64,000 nt of DNA from Planctomycetota bacterium (lineage in GTDB: Bacteria > Planctomycetota > UBA1135): contig JAJFFC010000012.1 of assembly GCA_021776795.1 (NCBI GenBank), positions 174,724 through 238,723 on the forward strand, read 5' to 3'. Below the pieces are notes generated by a model, which was not told the DNA's origin, searched no databases, and saw only the letters and a list, made by a program, of their open reading frames with translations. Within the stretch, counting starts at the first letter, position 1; the number at the start of each line of letters is the position of its first letter. Both the position numbers and the translations under genes were made by a program. Positions 9,244 through 17,589 of the stretch are shown in pieces.

Positions 9244-11232
9244 ATGGCGACTGCGGCTCCTGTGCTTTGGCAGCCGACGGCTGCGCAGGTGCAACAGAGC
9301 CAAATGGCTGCCTTTGCCGAGGCCGTTGGCTTGCCCATCGACCCTGCAGCTGCCGAGGCCGGCTATGAACGCCTTTACGCCTGGTCGGTTGCGGAGCGGG
9401 AGGCCTTCTGGGCTGCCGTGTGGGACTTCTGCGAGATTCGCGGGGATCGTGGCGAAACCATTCTTGGTGCCGACGCCATGCCCGGTGCAGCATGGTTTCC
9501 ACAGGCCAAACTGAACTTTGCCGAGAACCTGCTCGCGCGCAGGGACAACTTCCCGGCTCTGGTCTTCCGCGGAGAAGATAGCCGTCGCGAACAACTGAGC
9601 TTTGCGCAACTTGCCGAGCAAGTGCGCTGCCTGCGTGCCCAACTCGAGGCTTGGGGTGTGGTTCCTGGAGATCGGATTGCGGCCTTTTTGCCAAACTTGC
9701 CGGCGGCGGTCATCGGCATGTTGGCCGCGAGCAGTTTGGGCGCAGTGTGGTCATCCTGCTCGCCAGACTTTGGTGTGGATGGTGTGCTCGACCGCTTCGG
9801 GCAGATTGAACCCAAGGTGTTGCTCGTGGCCGATGGCTACCTTTACAAAGGCAAGCCGCTGATTGAGGCCGACAAGCTCCAGGACATTGTGGCTGGGCTT
9901 CCCACTCTGGAACACGTGGTGCTAGTGCCGTTCTTGGGCGCAGATGGAGCGGAACATGCCCAAGGCTTTATGCAGGCGGCAAGCCAGGGCTGTGCGCGCC
10001 ATCTCTGGCCAGAGCTTTTGGCTACGGCGGCTGACACGCCCTTGACCTTCGCCGCATTGCCCTTCGCTCATCCCTTGTACATCATGTTTTCGAGTGGAAC
10101 CACCGGCAAGCCAAAATGCCTAGTGCATGGCCAAGGGGGAACTCTGTTGCAGCATCGGAAAGAGCATCAGCTCCATGTCGATCTGCGCGCAGGAGAACGT
10201 TTGTTCTACTTCACCACGACAGGATGGATGATGTGGAACTGGCTAGTCAGTGGCCTGGCGCAAGGCGCCACCGTCGTGCTTTACGACGGCAATCCTTTCT
10301 TCCCCGACGCCAGCGCTATGTGGAAGATGGTCGCCGAGGAAAACTTAGAGGTCTTCGGGACTTCGGCAAAGTTTCTCGATGCCTCGAAGAAGGCTGAGGT
10401 GAGTCCAGGCCAAAGTCATGACCTCAGCGCCCTGCGCGCCATCTTGTCGACCGGTTCCCCGCTAGTCGAAGAATCCTTCAGCTGGGTCTATGAGCAGGTG
10501 AAGCAAGACCTGATGCTGGCTTCGATTACTGGCGGGACCGACATCTTGAGTTGTTTCGCTCTGGGTTGCCCCGTGGTTCCTGTGCGCTTAGGGGAACTGC
10601 AGCGCCGCGGCCTGGGGATGGCGGTCGAGGTCTGGGATTCCGCTGGCCAAGCGATGGTCGGCGAGGCTGGGGAGCTGGTGTGCACCAAGAGCTTTCCGTC
10701 CATGCCCACCGAGTTTTGGCGGGATCACGATGGCCAGCGCTACCACCAGGCCTACTTCGATACTTATCCCAACATTTGGCGCCACGGGGATTGGGTCGAA
10801 CTGCGCGAGAGCGGCGGCATGGTGGTCTATGGCCGCTCCGATGCCACCTTGAACCCTGGTGGCGTACGCATCGGCACCGCTGAAATTTACCGCCAAGTCG
10901 AGCAAGCTCCCGAGGTACTCGAAGCCGTCGTCATCGGCCAAGACACTGGCGACGGCGATCAGCGCGTGGTCTTGTTCTTGCGTATGCAACAAGGACATCA
11001 CCTCAGCGAAAACCTGTCGAATCAGCTTCGCCAACGCATTCGCAAATATGCCTCGCCGCGCCATGTGCCCGCAATCATCCTCGAAGTGCAGGATATTCCG
11101 CGCACGCGGAGCGGGAAAATCTCGGAAATCGCGGTGAGAGAGGTCGTTCACGGACGCCCCGTGCGCAACACCCAAGCGCTGGCAAATCCCGAGGCGCTAA
11201 AGGAATTTCAGAGCCGGCCGGAATTGGAGTAG
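9244..11232 (+). CDS. aacS: acetoacetyl-CoA synthetase (acetoacetate-CoA ligase, AMP-forming)
   Basis: 662 aa from ATG 9244, just after the kbl stop. N-terminal LWQPT...F motif, AMP-binding signature MFSSGTTGKPK, and C-terminal PRTRSGKISE. Confidence 0.85.
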   Translation: MATAAPVLWQPTAAQVQQSQMAAFAEAVGLPIDPAAAEAGYERLYAWSVAEREAFWAAVWDFCEIRGDRGETILGADAMPGAAWFPQAKLNFAENLLARRDNFPALVFRGEDSRREQLSFAQLAEQVRCLRAQLEAWGVVPGDRIAAFLPNLPAAVIGMLAASSLGAVWSSCSPDFGVDGVLDRFGQIEPKVLLVADGYLYKGKPLIEADKLQDIVAGLPTLEHVVLVPFLGADGAEHAQGFMQAASQGCARHLWPELLATAADTPLTFAALPFAHPLYIMFSSGTTGKPKCLVHGQGGTLLQHRKEHQLHVDLRAGERLFYFTTTGWMMWNWLVSGLAQGATVVLYDGNPFFPDASAMWKMVAEENLEVFGTSAKFLDASKKAEVSPGQSHDLSALRAILSTGSPLVEESFSWVYEQVKQDLMLASITGGTDILSCFALGCPVVPVRLGELQRRGLGMAVEVWDSAGQAMVGEAGELVCTKSFPSMPTEFWRDHDGQRYHQAYFDTYPNIWRHGDWVELRESGGMVVYGRSDATLNPGGVRIGTAEIYRQVEQAPEVLEAVVIGQDTGDGDQRVVLFLRMQQGHHLSENLSNQLRQRIRKYASPRHVPAIILEVQDIPRTRSGKISEIAVREVVHGRPVRNTQALANPEALKEFQSRPELE

Positions 11233-11259
11233 ACTTTCGTTGGCCTTAGGCCAGCGGCT

Positions 11260-13656
11260 ATGAGCTTCATCCTTCCCTTTTCTGCCATTCGCTTGGCCGA
11301 CCTTCCCGCGGTAGGCGGCAAAAATGCTTCCCTCGGTGAGCTGGTCAACGGTTTGTCATCCCTGGGAGTGCGTGTTCCCGATGGATTCGCCGTTACGGCC
11401 GAGGGCTATCGGCATTTCCTTCGCGCCAACTCCTTAACTGAGCGCATCGACGAGGCAATCGCTGCCCTCGACCCCACGCGTTTGGATCGTTTGGAAGAAA
11501 CCGGATCGCTGATTCGGCAATGGATCGAAGAGGCCACCATGCCCGAGGACTTGGCCGAGGAAATCCGCAACGCTTACCGCGAGCGCGAAAAGGAATATGG
11601 CCCCAACTACGACGTCGCTGTGCGCAGTTCGGCCACCGCAGAGGATTTGCCCGACGCTTCTTTCGCTGGACAACAAGAAACCTTTTTGAACGTGCGCGGT
11701 TCAGGGCGCGTCCTGCATAAGTGTCGGCGTGTTTATGCAAGCCTCTACACCAACCGCGCGATTAGCTACCGCGCGCACAAAGGTTATGCCGCTGAAGAAA
11801 TCGCGATTTCGGTCGGCGTACAGAAAATGGTCCGCTCCGACCGTGGTGCCTCTGGCGTAATGTTCACCCTGGATACGGAAACCGGTTTCCGTGACTTGGT
11901 TCTCATCAATGCCGCTTATGGCCTAGGTGAAAACGTAGTACAGGGCGCTGTGAACCCAGATGAATTTCATGTCCACAAAGGTGCGCTGCGCGCCAACCGT
12001 CGGCCAATCTTGCTGCGGCGCCTGGGTGATAAGCAGGAAAAGATGGTGTACGACCGCGATCCGGACACCCCGAATACGGTGCGCAATGTCACGGTTCTAG
12101 AGGAGGAGCGCCGCCGCTTCTGCATCAGCGATGAAGAGGCAGAAGAACTGGCGCGCTTCGCCATCGCGATTGAAGATCACTACTCTGCCGAACGTGGTCA
12201 GCCGACGCCGATGGATATCGAATGGGCGCGCGATGGCCTAGATAACCAGCTGTACATCTTGCAGGCGCGGCCGGAAACCGTGCACTCCCAAGAGAAGCGC
12301 GGCTATGTCCATGAGGTGTTCCAAATGGAAGGCACTGGTCCGGTCCTGTGCGAAGGGCGTGCCGTCGGCAAGCGCATTGCTAAGGGCAAGGCCAAGGTGA
12401 TTTTGGACTCTGAAAACATGCACGAAGTGCACCCGGGCGATGTCCTGGTGACGGACATCACCGACCCGGACTGGGAGCCGGTTATGAAAACCGCCTCGGC
12501 GATTGTGACCAACCGCGGTGGCCGCACCTGTCACGCGGCCATCATTGCGCGTGAGCTGGGGATTCCTGCTGTGGTCGGCGTCGGCGATGCCACCGAGCGC
12601 ATCCCCAGTCACTCCGATGTCACGGTGTCTTGCGCAGAAGGCGAAACCGGCCACGTTTATGAAGGCTTACTGCCCTTTCATACCGACACCATTCAACTTG
12701 AGGGGCGACGTAAGCCACGCACCCAGATGTACCTCAATGTTGGTGACCCGCAACAGGCCTTGAGCTTCTCCGGCCTGCCGGCCGACGGCGTTGGCTTGGC
12801 ACGTTTGGAGTTCATCATCAACAACAGCATTCGCGTCCATCCGCAGGCTCTGTTGGATTTCGAGCATCTTGATGGCGATACCCGTCGTCAGGTCGAGAAG
12901 GTGATGGCTGGCTATCCCAGTCCTCGGGATTACTTCGTGCGGCGCTTGGCAGAGGGCGTGTCGACGATTTGCGCGGCCTTCTATCCGCGGCCGGTGGTCG
13001 TGCGCATGAGCGACTTTAAGTCCAACGAGTACGCGGCCCTGCTCGGCGGCACCAGTTACGAACCTTTCGAAGAGAACCCGATGCTGGGATGGCGCGGCGC
13101 GGCGCGCTACTTCTCACCGCAGTTCGCCGAGGCCTTTGCCATGGAGTGCGCAGCACTTGCAGGCGTGCGCGAAGAAATGGGTTTCGACAATCTCATCCCG
13201 ATGGTGCCCTTTGTGCGCACCGTCGAAGAAGGCCAGGCGGTACTGGCGAAGATGGCAGAACATGGCTTGGAGCGCGGCAAGGACGGGCTCAAAATCTACT
13301 TGATGTGCGAACTGCCGAGTAATGCCATCCTGGCCGAAGCCTTCCTCGAACATTTTGACGGCTTCTCGATTGGCTCCAACGACCTCACCCAGCTCACGCT
13401 TGGCGTCGACCGCGACTCCGGCATGTTGACCGGTTACGACGAGCGCAATCCCGCGGTACTTGGCTTAATGGAAATGGCGATTAAGGCCTGCCGCAAGCAG
13501 GGCAAGTACGTCGGCATCTGTGGTCAGGCACCCTCGGACTTCCCGGAGATCACCAAGTGGTTGGTCGAACGCGGGATCGATTCGATTTCGCTCAACCCTG
13601 ACAGCTTGGTGGACATGCTAGAGGTCGTCCTGGCCGCAGAAGAAGCGCAGTCGTAA
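11260..13656 (+). CDS. ppsA: phosphoenolpyruvate synthase
   Basis: 798 aa. VGGKNASLGEL, phosphohistidine swivel GGRTCHAAIIARELGIP, and a C-terminal PEP-utilising TIM barrel (SIGSNDLTQL). Confidence 0.95.
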   Translation: MSFILPFSAIRLADLPAVGGKNASLGELVNGLSSLGVRVPDGFAVTAEGYRHFLRANSLTERIDEAIAALDPTRLDRLEETGSLIRQWIEEATMPEDLAEEIRNAYREREKEYGPNYDVAVRSSATAEDLPDASFAGQQETFLNVRGSGRVLHKCRRVYASLYTNRAISYRAHKGYAAEEIAISVGVQKMVRSDRGASGVMFTLDTETGFRDLVLINAAYGLGENVVQGAVNPDEFHVHKGALRANRRPILLRRLGDKQEKMVYDRDPDTPNTVRNVTVLEEERRRFCISDEEAEELARFAIAIEDHYSAERGQPTPMDIEWARDGLDNQLYILQARPETVHSQEKRGYVHEVFQMEGTGPVLCEGRAVGKRIAKGKAKVILDSENMHEVHPGDVLVTDITDPDWEPVMKTASAIVTNRGGRTCHAAIIARELGIPAVVGVGDATERIPSHSDVTVSCAEGETGHVYEGLLPFHTDTIQLEGRRKPRTQMYLNVGDPQQALSFSGLPADGVGLARLEFIINNSIRVHPQALLDFEHLDGDTRRQVEKVMAGYPSPRDYFVRRLAEGVSTICAAFYPRPVVVRMSDFKSNEYAALLGGTSYEPFEENPMLGWRGAARYFSPQFAEAFAMECAALAGVREEMGFDNLIPMVPFVRTVEEGQAVLAKMAEHGLERGKDGLKIYLMCELPSNAILAEAFLEHFDGFSIGSNDLTQLTLGVDRDSGMLTGYDERNPAVLGLMEMAIKACRKQGKYVGICGQAPSDFPEITKWLVERGIDSISLNPDSLVDMLEVVLAAEEAQS

Positions 13657-13660
13657 TCGC

Positions 13661-14881
13661 CTAGGCTGCGCCTTCCTTGGCCGTGACCTGGAGCGCCTGC
13701 TCCAGGTCACCCCACAGGTCTTCGACATGTTCGATGCCAATCGCTAGGCGCAGCATGCCTTCGGTAATGCCACCTTGTTCGCGGCCACCTTCACCCACAA
13801 TACGGTGGGTAAGGCCCGCTGGGTGCTCAATCAGGCTGTCGGTACCACCCAAGCTCACCGCTGGGGTGAACAGTGCGACGGCGCGCATCATGGCCGAAGC
13901 TGAGGCGAACCCTCCAGCGAGTTCTATCGCAATCACCGAGCCGGGGCCTGCCATTTGTGTTTTCAGAATTCCTTTCGGGTCGGCACCCGGTAAGCCCGGG
14001 TAGTTGGTGTGCGCCACCAATGGGTGTGCCGCCAAGCGCTCGGCGAGAATCTGTGCATTTTCCTGAGCGCGTTCCACCCTTAAGCCCAAAGTCGGCAAGC
14101 TACGGTGTAGGAGATAAGCAGCCATCGGGTGGAGGTTGCCCCCGGTCAAAATGCGCACCTGGCGAATGCGTGCGGCCCACACCGAATCGGTGGCGACAAT
14201 GCCAGCGAGCACGTCGCCATGACCACCCAAGAACTTGGTTGCCGAGTGCACGGCAAAGGTCGCGCCCATCTTCAAGGGGTTCTGCAAGATGGGGGTGGCG
14301 AAGGTGTTGTCGACCATCACCGGAATCTCGCCCGCAGCATCTAGAGCCGCTTGCAGATCAATCAAATCTAGGGTGGGATTGGCTGGGGTCTCAATCACCA
14401 CCAGGGCCGTTTCTTCGGTCAATGCGCCAGCCAGGCTCGCTTCATCGACGAACACAGCGTCGTAACCCAATAATCCGCTCGCCAGCAAATGGTCGGTGCA
14501 GCCATACAAGGGGCGTACCACCACAATGCGATTGCGCGTGCCACCATCTTGCATGTCGCGTAAACGCAAGCTTTGCAGCACAGCGTGAATCGCTGCCATG
14601 CCCGAGGCAAAGGCGATGCCATCGCTTGCACCCTCAAGGGCGGCAAAGGCTTCCTCGTAGCGCGCAACCGTGGGGTTGTGCAGGCGGGAGTAGATTGGCG
14701 TGGCCGCCCTGGCGTCGCCAGCAGCGAGCGCATCAATGCTGTCGCGCCCCTCGCTCAGATCCTTCAGCGGATAGGTACTGGAGAAATCAATCGGCGGGGC
14801 GTGAACGCCTTGCTCGCGGAAATCGCGGCGGCCGCCATGGACGAGCGAGGTCTGAAGGTGTTCTGGGAAGCGCGAGTTCAT
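13661..14881 (-). CDS. Cys/Met-metabolism PLP enzyme (methionine gamma-lyase / cystathionine gamma-synthase family)
   Basis: 406 aa from ATG 14881 (the ORF extends to 14917). TSLVHGG near the N-terminus, PLP-lysine motif HSATKFLGGHGDVLAGIV, and C-terminal LRLAIGIE. A divergent Lrp-type regulator recalls the mdeA/mdeR arrangement. Confidence 0.85.
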   Translation of the reverse strand: MNSRFPEHLQTSLVHGGRRDFREQGVHAPPIDFSSTYPLKDLSEGRDSIDALAAGDARAATPIYSRLHNPTVARYEEAFAALEGASDGIAFASGMAAIHAVLQSLRLRDMQDGGTRNRIVVVRPLYGCTDHLLASGLLGYDAVFVDEASLAGALTEETALVVIETPANPTLDLIDLQAALDAAGEIPVMVDNTFATPILQNPLKMGATFAVHSATKFLGGHGDVLAGIVATDSVWAARIRQVRILTGGNLHPMAAYLLHRSLPTLGLRVERAQENAQILAERLAAHPLVAHTNYPGLPGADPKGILKTQMAGPGSVIAIELAGGFASASAMMRAVALFTPAVSLGGTDSLIEHPAGLTHRIVGEGGREQGGITEGMLRLAIGIEHVEDLWGDLEQALQVTAKEGAA

Positions 14882-14900
14882 GACCAAATTTTCGCCGAAG

Positions 14901-14906
14901 AATCTA
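14901..14906 (-). promoter_or_regulatory. -10-like hexamer TAGATT (minus strand) upstream of the PLP enzyme gene
   Basis: The reverse complement of AATCTA is TAGATT, 19 nt before ATG 14881. Confidence 0.25.
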
Positions 14907-14940
14907 GGATTCGCCATCGAATTGACTGCGTTTTTGCGGC

Positions 14941-14946
14941 TAGAAT
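14941..14946 (+). promoter_or_regulatory. -10-like hexamer TAGAAT upstream of the lrp-family gene
   Basis: TAGAAT lies 6 nt before ATG 14953. This spacing fits a leaderless transcript. Confidence 0.3.
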
Positions 14947-14952
14947 AGGGTT

Positions 14953-15408
14953 ATGGACCGAATCGACTACGAAATATTGGGGCAATTGCAGAATAATGCG
15001 CGCCTGAGCAACAAGCAGCTTGCTGCGGCCGTCGGTTTGGCGCCTTCCAGCTGTTTGGAGCGAGTTCGTCGCTTGGAGCGAGACCAGGTCCTGCGCGGGG
15101 CTCATGCCACGGTAGATCCAGGAGCAGTAGGCATCGGCCTCCAAGCCATGATTCAAGTGCGGTTGGAACAGCATTCCCGCCGCGAAGTAGAAGGATTTCG
15201 CAATCACGTCCTGGCTCTCCCAGCCACTCTGGCCTTTTTCCACCTTGCCGGAGCCTTCGATTTCTTGGTCCATGTCGCCGTCGCCGACGCCGATGCTCTG
15301 CGTGATTTGGCCCTAGACGCCTTCACCACGCGGAAGGAGGTGGCTCAAATCCAAACCTCGCTGATTTTTGAAACTCAGCGCAACCCAGTTTTTCCGGTGT
15401 ATGCTTAA
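14953..15408 (+). CDS. Lrp/AsnC-family transcriptional regulator
   Basis: 151 aa. N-terminal HTH DRIDYEILGQLQNNARLSNKQLAAAVGLAPSSCLERVRRLE followed by a RAM/ACT-like C-terminal half. Confidence 0.9.
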   Translation: MDRIDYEILGQLQNNARLSNKQLAAAVGLAPSSCLERVRRLERDQVLRGAHATVDPGAVGIGLQAMIQVRLEQHSRREVEGFRNHVLALPATLAFFHLAGAFDFLVHVAVADADALRDLALDAFTTRKEVAQIQTSLIFETQRNPVFPVYA

Positions 15409-15470
15409 GTTACGCCAAAAAAGCCCTGCCCCCGCATGGCACCTGGCCTGTTTCACAGAGGAAAGCGCCT

Positions 15471-15887
15471 ATGACTAGACTCAAATCCATCGTCGGCCGT
15501 CAAGAACGCGTCGTCAGCATTAGTCCGCAAGCCACGGTGCGCGATGCGGCAAAGGCAATGGCTGCGGCCAATGTCGGTTGTGCCATCATCATGAATGGCC
15601 CCAAAGTGGTCGGTATGTTTACAGAGCGCGATGTCTTAAAGCGCGTGCTTCTGAACAATCTCGATGTCGATAGCGTGCAAGTCGGCGACGTCATGACCAC
15701 CGAACTGATTTGCGCTGGGGGAGACCACAAGGCGAATGACGCCCGCTTCCTCATGCAACGCCACCATATTCGTCACCTGCCGGTGCTCGATGATGAGGGC
15801 AACTTGCTCGGTGTGCTCTCTATTCGCGATTTGATCGAAGATCAAGTGCGCGAAATGAGTGACTACATCACGATGCACGAAGGCTGA
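15471..15887 (+). CDS. CBS-pair domain protein
   Basis: 138 aa. Two CBS repeats (VGMFTERDVLKRV and GVLSIRDLIEDQV). AGAGGA Shine-Dalgarno about 9 nt upstream. Confidence 0.85.
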   Translation: MTRLKSIVGRQERVVSISPQATVRDAAKAMAAANVGCAIIMNGPKVVGMFTERDVLKRVLLNNLDVDSVQVGDVMTTELICAGGDHKANDARFLMQRHHIRHLPVLDDEGNLLGVLSIRDLIEDQVREMSDYITMHEG

Positions 15888-15894
15888 GCCAAGA

Positions 15895-16548
15895 CTAGTT
15901 GGCCGATTTGACGCAGGGGGGACAAATGCCGTGCGTGACAGGGATAGTTTGTGCAATGTATTCGTGCAATGGCTGCCAGTCTTTCTGGCCCTGGTTCTCG
16001 ACACGAACGCTGCGGCACCACGCGCAAATAGGCAAGGCGTGGGAGAGTGCTGTTAACTCGATTCGTGCTCGCCGAAGCTCAATGAGGTTCACCACAGCAT
16101 TCCTCAAGATGCCTAATGCCTTGAGCTGGTGATCATTCAGGGTTCTTGGTTTGCTGTCGATGACGCAAAGAGTGCCCAACCTGATGCCTGGAGAAATCTC
16201 CAAGGGCGCGCCCGCATAAAACCGGATATGTGGATCCCCCGTAACCAAGGGGTTCTCGGCAAAGCGTTCGTCTTCGGTAGCGTCTTCGACCACCATGATT
16301 GAGGCATCTGCAATCGCATGGGAGCAAAAGGCATGCTCTCTTGGCGTCTCGAATGCGGCAAGGCCATAGCGAGCTTTAAACCACTGCCGATCTTGATCGA
16401 CCAGGCTCACCAAAGAGATTGGTGTGCCGCATATGGCAGCGGCGAGTTCAGCCAAGTGATCGAAAGCCCCTTCTGCCGCAGTGTCGAGAAGGTTTTGGAG
16501 ACGAAGCGAGTGCATTCGCTCCTTCTCATTGGGGGGGGAGGGGGGCAT
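15895..16548 (-). CDS. GAF-domain protein with a C-terminal Cys/His-rich module
   Basis: 217 aa. GAF hallmarks are REHAFCSHAI, VVEDATEDERFAENPLVTGDPHIRFYAGAPL and GTLCVID. The C-terminus reads CAWC-x29-HGICPPC. The ATG abuts the methyltransferase stop. Confidence 0.75.
   Translation of the reverse strand: MPPSPPNEKERMHSLRLQNLLDTAAEGAFDHLAELAAAICGTPISLVSLVDQDRQWFKARYGLAAFETPREHAFCSHAIADASIMVVEDATEDERFAENPLVTGDPHIRFYAGAPLEISPGIRLGTLCVIDSKPRTLNDHQLKALGILRNAVVNLIELRRARIELTALSHALPICAWCRSVRVENQGQKDWQPLHEYIAQTIPVTHGICPPCVKSAN
16531..16545 (-). repeat. C6-T-C8 homopolymeric tract (G8-A-G6 on the + strand) in codons 2-6 of the GAF gene
   Basis: Read directly: ATG CCC CCC TCC CCC CCC AAT, encoding M-P-P-S-P-P-N. 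Confidence 0.9.
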
Positions 16549-17589
16549 TCATGAGGGAGGCCGAACCAAGAATAGGTACTCCTGGTTCCTGACGTGGGAG
16601 ACCTTGCCTACGCGCTCGCCCTGCGGATTGTGGATGCCGATTTTGGCGCCGACATAGCGGGGGTGGCCGAAGGCGCGCGTTTCCACCGTGCCATGGACCC
16701 TCAATAGCGACTCCATCTGTTCGCGCGCGAGGTAACCCTCGTCACTGAAGGAGACCAAGAGCGGGCAGCCGTGGAGCTCGCGCAGGACTTCCTCCATGGC
16801 GACGGCACAGCCCGGTTTGGAGTTGAAGGCGCTTTTGCGCTCGCGCACATCGGTGCGCTTACAGGCAATGCCGTAAGTCTCTGGGGCATCCCAGCGCACT
16901 AGCGTTTCCCAAATGTGGTAGTTGCCGAGGTAAGAGTGCTGGTTGTACGGTGGGTCTAAATAGACCAAGCCGCCAGAAAAAGACTGGGCCGCTTCGAGTG
17001 CTTCCTTGCGCCAAGCTTGGCACGGGCCGGAGGTGGGGCGTGGCCATAACTCTGGCATGCGCAGCTCCAGGGCATGATGCGCGCGTGGCGCCCATTGTTT
17101 GAGATAGGCCATTTGCACACCGGCAGTGGAGTCGACGCGGTCCGCGGCTTCCATCAGGGACACCAGGAGAATGGCCTCTAGCTCGGGGTCATAAGCGCCA
17201 GCTTGAATGGCTTCGCGGACGGCTTCGATGCGCACGCCATTGGCTTCTTGGAAATAGCGGCTTTCGCGGCAATAACTTTGGGTGAACCAGCCACCAAGAT
17301 TGTCCCCCTCAACCGGGTTGGCATCGGCAATGTCTTGTAACCGACCAATCTCCTGCTGTGCGTGGTTCAGCCAAGATTCACGATCTGCCTGTATGTAGCA
17401 GCGGGCAATCGTTGCTGCGTAACTGTTGTGGTCATTAGCAATGACTTGATAGCCATCTTGTTTGAGCACTTGCCCGACCCGCGATGTGCCCGAGAACAAA
17501 TCCAATACGGTGCCGCTCGGCTGCAGGTCTCTCACTGCCTCGCGAATCGCGGGCAACAGAACCCGCTTCGAGCCGAGGTACTTAATCAC
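16549..17589 (-). CDS. orphan N6-adenine DNA methyltransferase, D12/Dam-like (alpha) class
   Basis: 346 aa with a GTG start. N-terminal MIKYLGSKR, motif I DLFSGTSRVG and motif IV LVYLDPPYNQ, in the order I then IV. No endonuclease or specificity gene on either side. Confidence 0.85.
   Translation of the reverse strand: MIKYLGSKRVLLPAIREAVRDLQPSGTVLDLFSGTSRVGQVLKQDGYQVIANDHNSYAATIARCYIQADRESWLNHAQQEIGRLQDIADANPVEGDNLGGWFTQSYCRESRYFQEANGVRIEAVREAIQAGAYDPELEAILLVSLMEAADRVDSTAGVQMAYLKQWAPRAHHALELRMPELWPRPTSGPCQAWRKEALEAAQSFSGGLVYLDPPYNQHSYLGNYHIWETLVRWDAPETYGIACKRTDVRERKSAFNSKPGCAVAMEEVLRELHGCPLLVSFSDEGYLAREQMESLLRVHGTVETRAFGHPRYVGAKIGIHNPQGERVGKVSHVRNQEYLFLVRPPS

Noticed and set aside
13873-14883. 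336-aa plus-strand ORF.
   Set aside because: It is antisense to the PLP enzyme gene. It is Arg/Pro/Ser-rich with no motifs.
14882-14952. SAM, Met or amino-acid riboswitch or T-box upstream of the Cys/Met PLP enzyme gene; likewise a purine riboswitch upstream of purA (33279-33384).
   Set aside because: The spacers are 71 bp and 106 bp. They are too short and lack the conserved cores I know for these riboswitch classes.
16531-16538. The G8 run alone as a statistically exceptional homopolymer.
   Set aside because: At roughly 30% G, several runs of 8 would be expected by chance in 128 kb of two-strand sequence. Only the combined C6-T-C8 tract and its position at codons 2-6 are noteworthy, so the claim is kept modest.
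16549-17589. Methyltransferase as part of a restriction-modification or other defence system.
   Set aside because: Both flanking genes are accounted for (TrkH upstream, GAF protein downstream). No endonuclease-like, specificity-subunit or ATPase ORF is present within several kb. I therefore treat it as an orphan methyltransferase.
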